Source: Obrimoposthia wandeli
Lineage: Eukaryota
Length of the DNA: 64,000 nt
Assembly (NCBI GenBank): GCA_977020255.1
Contig: CDROCS010000407.1
Coordinates: 310,001-374,000, forward strand
Direction: 5' to 3'
Shown: in pieces, positions 59,431-64,000 of the stretch
How the letters are laid out: each line of letters starts with the position of its first letter
How positions within the stretch are numbered: the first letter of the stretch is position 1
Notes under the pieces: model-generated
Databases searched by the model: none
The model's input: only the letters and a program-made list of their open reading frames with translations
What the model was told of the DNA's origin: nothing
Translations under genes and position numbers: made by a program

Positions 59431-62335
59431 GAAGGAAATTTGCGAAGTATCGAGGTTCAGAAAAATCGATGTAATCAAAAATCAGTTTGATATTTATGGC
59501 TGACTCGACCGCTCACTCGCGTGTGCAGCTATCTCATAAATTAAGCCACAATCGTCCGATAGGAATTGTCTGTTGCTGCTGGCTATCAACAAATTTGATG
59601 GAGTGATTACCAACAACTCTATCTGCTAGACTCCGATTCATAACTACACAGTTTCTCTTAGACCTAGTGCAATTATCACAGTAATATGGAAGTCTATGAT
59701 ATTTAGATATATATTAACATTGCTTTGCTACCAGTTTAGGAAAGAAAACATGATATTATGACAATTGTAAATGAGTGTTTATTAATGAAACATCCAGCAT
59801 ATGTATGTGATCTAAGGGATCTATCACTATGCATCTTCGGGATTATTGAACGGGGAACTTACGTCTCCTCGTAATGAAGTCGGGGATTTTTGAATTTACA
59901 AACTGTATTTTTACTTCAAATGTATGAAACTAAAAATTATCTTTACGGGATATTAATTACAGCTGAGTTAACTCAACTCGATTTTTCTACCACTAAATAA
60001 GTATGAGACAGCCTGAGAAGTTAACTATAACTAACCTACACATTAACATTTAGTTGTGTGAAGGTTCTTATTTCAAGAAGTAAAAATCATTCAATTTTGG
60101 GGTTTCTGTACATTTTGCAATACCATTGACGTTTACATTGTATGCTACTATTGCCTATTAATTTAGAACATTTACAGTTCATTACTATGCTGTTAACGAA
60201 AGAACGCGCTATTCCCATGAAATACAGCGTTAAATTTAGCCGTGAAACGCGCATACTTGTAGTAAAAACTAGCTGTGAATCTGGAAACGGGTCATTGTGT
60301 TTTACAAAATCGCCTGTTCAGCACGATTTGTATTGTAGATTAATGAAATTAAGATTCCAGTGTCTCACGCGACATCAAAGTGTTCTAATAATCAAGATAC
60401 GGAGAAAGAGAGAAACCCCCGCCATATCGCGACTGCTACCCTCGTCGCCCAGAAATTAGCCGCGGGCCTAGCATAGCCCGGTGGTGTTATCAGCCGACTA
60501 AGTAAACACGGCCGTGCTCGAGTGATGAAGACGGTGACGGTGATGCTGATGATGCAACAACAGCGGCAAATAAAACACGGCTGATATCAGATTCCCTGCC
60601 TTATCCTAGCTGCACTCACAATCACTTGTCGTTGTTTGTATCATGTCTGATGCACTTTTCCCATCCCGAGGCACTGTTGTTTAGTCGCTGTTGAATAGTT
60701 AAACTTATCCCGGAATTATTTCAACCTTTCTTTTCCGGTTGTTTTTCTCTAAAACCGGATTTTCAAAATGTTGATGATTATTACAAAATTTCTAAACACA
60801 ACACAAATTTATGAACTAAAGCGATACTTTTCTAAAGCAGTTCTGTGGAAATAATTTGTAATATTTTAATCAATTTTGTTTTTACCGAGTACATTTTTAA
60901 TATATTAAAGTAACTCTTAGAAGTTCATTTAGAGGTTAAAAATACTTAACAGACATGTGAAAAGTGTGACTATTTGAACGATGTATATTAGAATTGAATG
61001 AGGTTTGGTATGAAATCTTCATGAAATTAAATGTACATGCATTTCATTTTATTATATCGACATTAGATAAAAATCATAAGACAGTTAAGTCATTACTGGA
61101 TATATTATCAGTATTTTTTTTGCAAATAAATTGTTTCCGAAACCTTTTTCTAAATTCTCTGAATAATAACCGCTGAATTTTTAAACGTTATTAAATAATT
61201 AATTCAGAATTTTGTCAAAATTTCAAGGCTTGTATTTTTGAGTGCGAAGGAAATGACATATTTTTGTATGAGCGCTTTCTTTGCCTTACAGCCGAGGTCA
61301 TATCTAAATAACTGGAAGACAATATTGTAAGGTTACATGACGGGCCTAGGAATAGCCCAAATCTTAACTCCCTTTAAAATCTTTGTCAAGTGGTTAAAAA
61401 AAAGATCGTTAGAAACGTGAAAATGTTACAAATAGCCAGATACTTTTATAATTGTAATCGCGTCACTGGTGTACAGGAAACTCTTAGAAAACTTATATCA
61501 ATGCCTAGTACAATTTTAGATCAATGTAAATAATTACAGGTTAGAAAGACATTTATACAGAACACACAAACAAATGCAGGTCAAAATATATTATATTAGA
61601 ATAGCATTTTTACAAGGAATTCAAAAATGTAATATTGTGAACATAATTCATGTCATAAGTTGTATTTATAATATGGTACAGCCCGATTTACGAGAAGGTA
61701 TTATTTTTTAAAAATTAAATTAATCTTACGTAAAATAAATTTTAATCACATATTTTAAAATATCCTCTACCAAAATATATTTAAATGCAATAAGTTGAGA
61801 TCCATCATAGCGATTTTTCAGGCAATCGTTATTTCGTACCGGTCTAATAAACCAATGCAGTGTTGGCAACACGAGGTCTGTTAAGCCTTTATCCAGTTGA
61901 AAGCAACAACGTAATTTTTGAAAGCTTCTTGTTAATTCAAAATATAAACTTGTATTTGTATATATATATTAATCGATACAAATTATCTACAAAGTCGTTA
62001 GTTACTAAATAAATATAGCCAACTCTTTCAATTCCAGACAAATTAATTAAAATTCTTCTTCTGACAAATGTTAATATTCTCAATTTGATTTTACAAAGAA
62101 AATTACATACAACCCTTGTGATATTAATAGTTATCCGATAAAAATATGCATACAAAAACTGTTTAATTATTTTGATTCAAGCTTATTCTGTCCATCTTAT
62201 AGTTTAAAAATATTGTCTCTTTAGCGTATAAATTTTAATTTTGAAAAATGATTTAAAATTAAATATGAAATTGTATTTCATTTACTTCCAAATTAAATGA
62301 AAAAGTGTTTCTCAGGTAAATTAATTGTAACTCAC

Positions 62336-62746
62336 TCGAAAGCAATTTCTGTTTCCAGCGCAAAGAGAATGATGCATTGGCACGATGAGATAAATCCTCT
62401 GGAATTTGACATACCTTTCACTGAGAGTTTCATTTTCACGGTAAGAGATGTTTTTGTTTTCTAAGCTGACAGTTAAGTTAGATCCATAATGAATATTGTT
62501 GTCTAAATTGAGCTGCTTGGAGGTTTTCGCCGGAATACTAATGAGATCTCCCATTGATCCGGAGAATGAATTGATTCTAAATGTAAAGCAGTCTAAGTTC
62601 AGCGATTTAATCGCATCATGCATTTGCAATTTAATATAAAATAAACAATGTATAACTGATAAATTTTGTTTAAACAACACAAACTTACTCGGGTCTATCG
62701 GCAGTGTTGTAATCTGGCTTGATGCAACAATAATTTGCCATTGCAT
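62336..62746 (-). CDS. Candidate coding exon (137 codons), unidentified
   Basis: Long stop-free frame in AT-rich DNA; ATG at 62746; strong phase-0 donor CGA|gtgagt just before the stop. Confidence 0.4.
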
Positions 62747-64000
62747 TAATTTTATATTTCGTTTATAAAATGTTTCAAAATAAATTTTAAATGCTACAGC
62801 TGATTATTTTTCATTTTGAAAAAAAAATCAGCCAACAAGCAATTCCGAAATACAATTACTCATTTGTATGAATGACACAGTGATCAATACACACTAATTA
62901 TTTGCAAGCATGTACTGAATAAATTTTAACGAACAGCGTTGTTTGCAATTCTGTAACTGTGTGTTGAATTCAGTTGTACTTTATGATTACAGAAATTGGG
63001 TATGTTTTGTCTGATATGTGCCTGGTTTGTACTTTGTTTGTGTGTAACGGAGACCCCAATCCGAATGGAACAATGGTTAGATTAACTCATTACTTTTAAA
63101 TATATAATTTTCTGATCGTCTGGTTTCGATACTTTTATTATTGAGACTGCTATTCTATCAATCATCACTTTGGGTTATTTTTACTGTTTTGGATTACCTG
63201 GAAAAAAAATTATGCAATTAATTATTAGGCAGAATAATTTTTAAATATCAGTACTTCAATTGAAATATACGATTTTCTTGGAAAGAATTTAAATTTTTTT
63301 ATAAATTAATCCTTTTTCATTTTGATTTAAATTAGATTGAAAAAATTTGAGACATTTTTTAAATTGATTATTACTTTTTATTAGATATTCATAATTGCGT
63401 AATTGAAATATTATCCCAAATTAAAAAAATAATTTGTTGTAATCTTGTCGCTTTGATCTTTAACGATAAATAAATAGTGAGTATATAAACAATCATATTG
63501 TTGTGGGCAATTTGAAGCAATACTACAATATAAAAAGCCAAAACAGCTATATTTATATTTTATCATTTGTTTTTTTATAAATATTAATTTACAATGAAGG
63601 TGAATTCCATCGAAAGCCTATGAAGTAGGATATTGCAAAGTATTTATTTATTTTGGAAAACTATTGCACATATTTGTTTATATCATTCAAATTGAGATGC
63701 ATAAGTTTTGTTGAAAACATCAGAAAAATGTTATAAAATTCATCTTTTATTTCTAAGTTAAATAATTTTTACTTTTCTGAAATTGCATATTTTATAAATA
63801 ATATGTAACTGCTTTTACCTAAATTGTACTAATTGGTTGAGATTTAAAAAAAATTATGTTCATGAAATAGAGTTAACCGTTAATTTTTTAATTCAGTTAA
63901 ATTTGTAAAATAATCTTAATTTATAAATATAATTTTTTCATTAAAAATCTTACGTTTCATTTACACATGAAATTCATTTTATTTTTATTAAAGCTAATCC

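Noticed and set aside
62359-62440. Plus-strand exon (ttccag|...|gtaaga)
   Set aside because: In-register antisense of the longer minus ORF, with no partner exons found.

Overview
AT-rich animal genomic scaffold (taxon not determinable from sequence) with GC-richer exons, GT-AG introns, one N-gap (385-522) and a heavy load of decayed transposons. Three host genes lie on the minus strand: an intronless two-C2HC-zinc-finger ORF (5188-5682); a complete 4-exon DUSP22/DUSP15-type phosphatase (13568-21578, 178 aa, HCQMGVSRS); and a SynGAP/DAB2IP/RASAL2-family PH-C2-RasGAP gene, for which 13 phase-consistent exons (33767-50175, 769 aa) were reconstructed but the 5' exons were not. Mobile DNA includes two related Ty3/Gypsy elements, two BEL/Pao elements, two solo LTRs with TSDs, a nearly intact hAT transposase, three Tc1/mariner remnants and two MITEs. 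Most notable: a complete type I hammerhead ribozyme beside the gap (621-693); a chuvirus-glycoprotein-like env remnant in a Gypsy locus whose pol appears inverted; a 173-bp element with Polinton-like ends; and a coding-like plus-strand frame with two in-frame TGA codons (56975-57328). No CRISPR, rRNA or tRNA found. Family assignments are by recalled motif patterns, not database searches.
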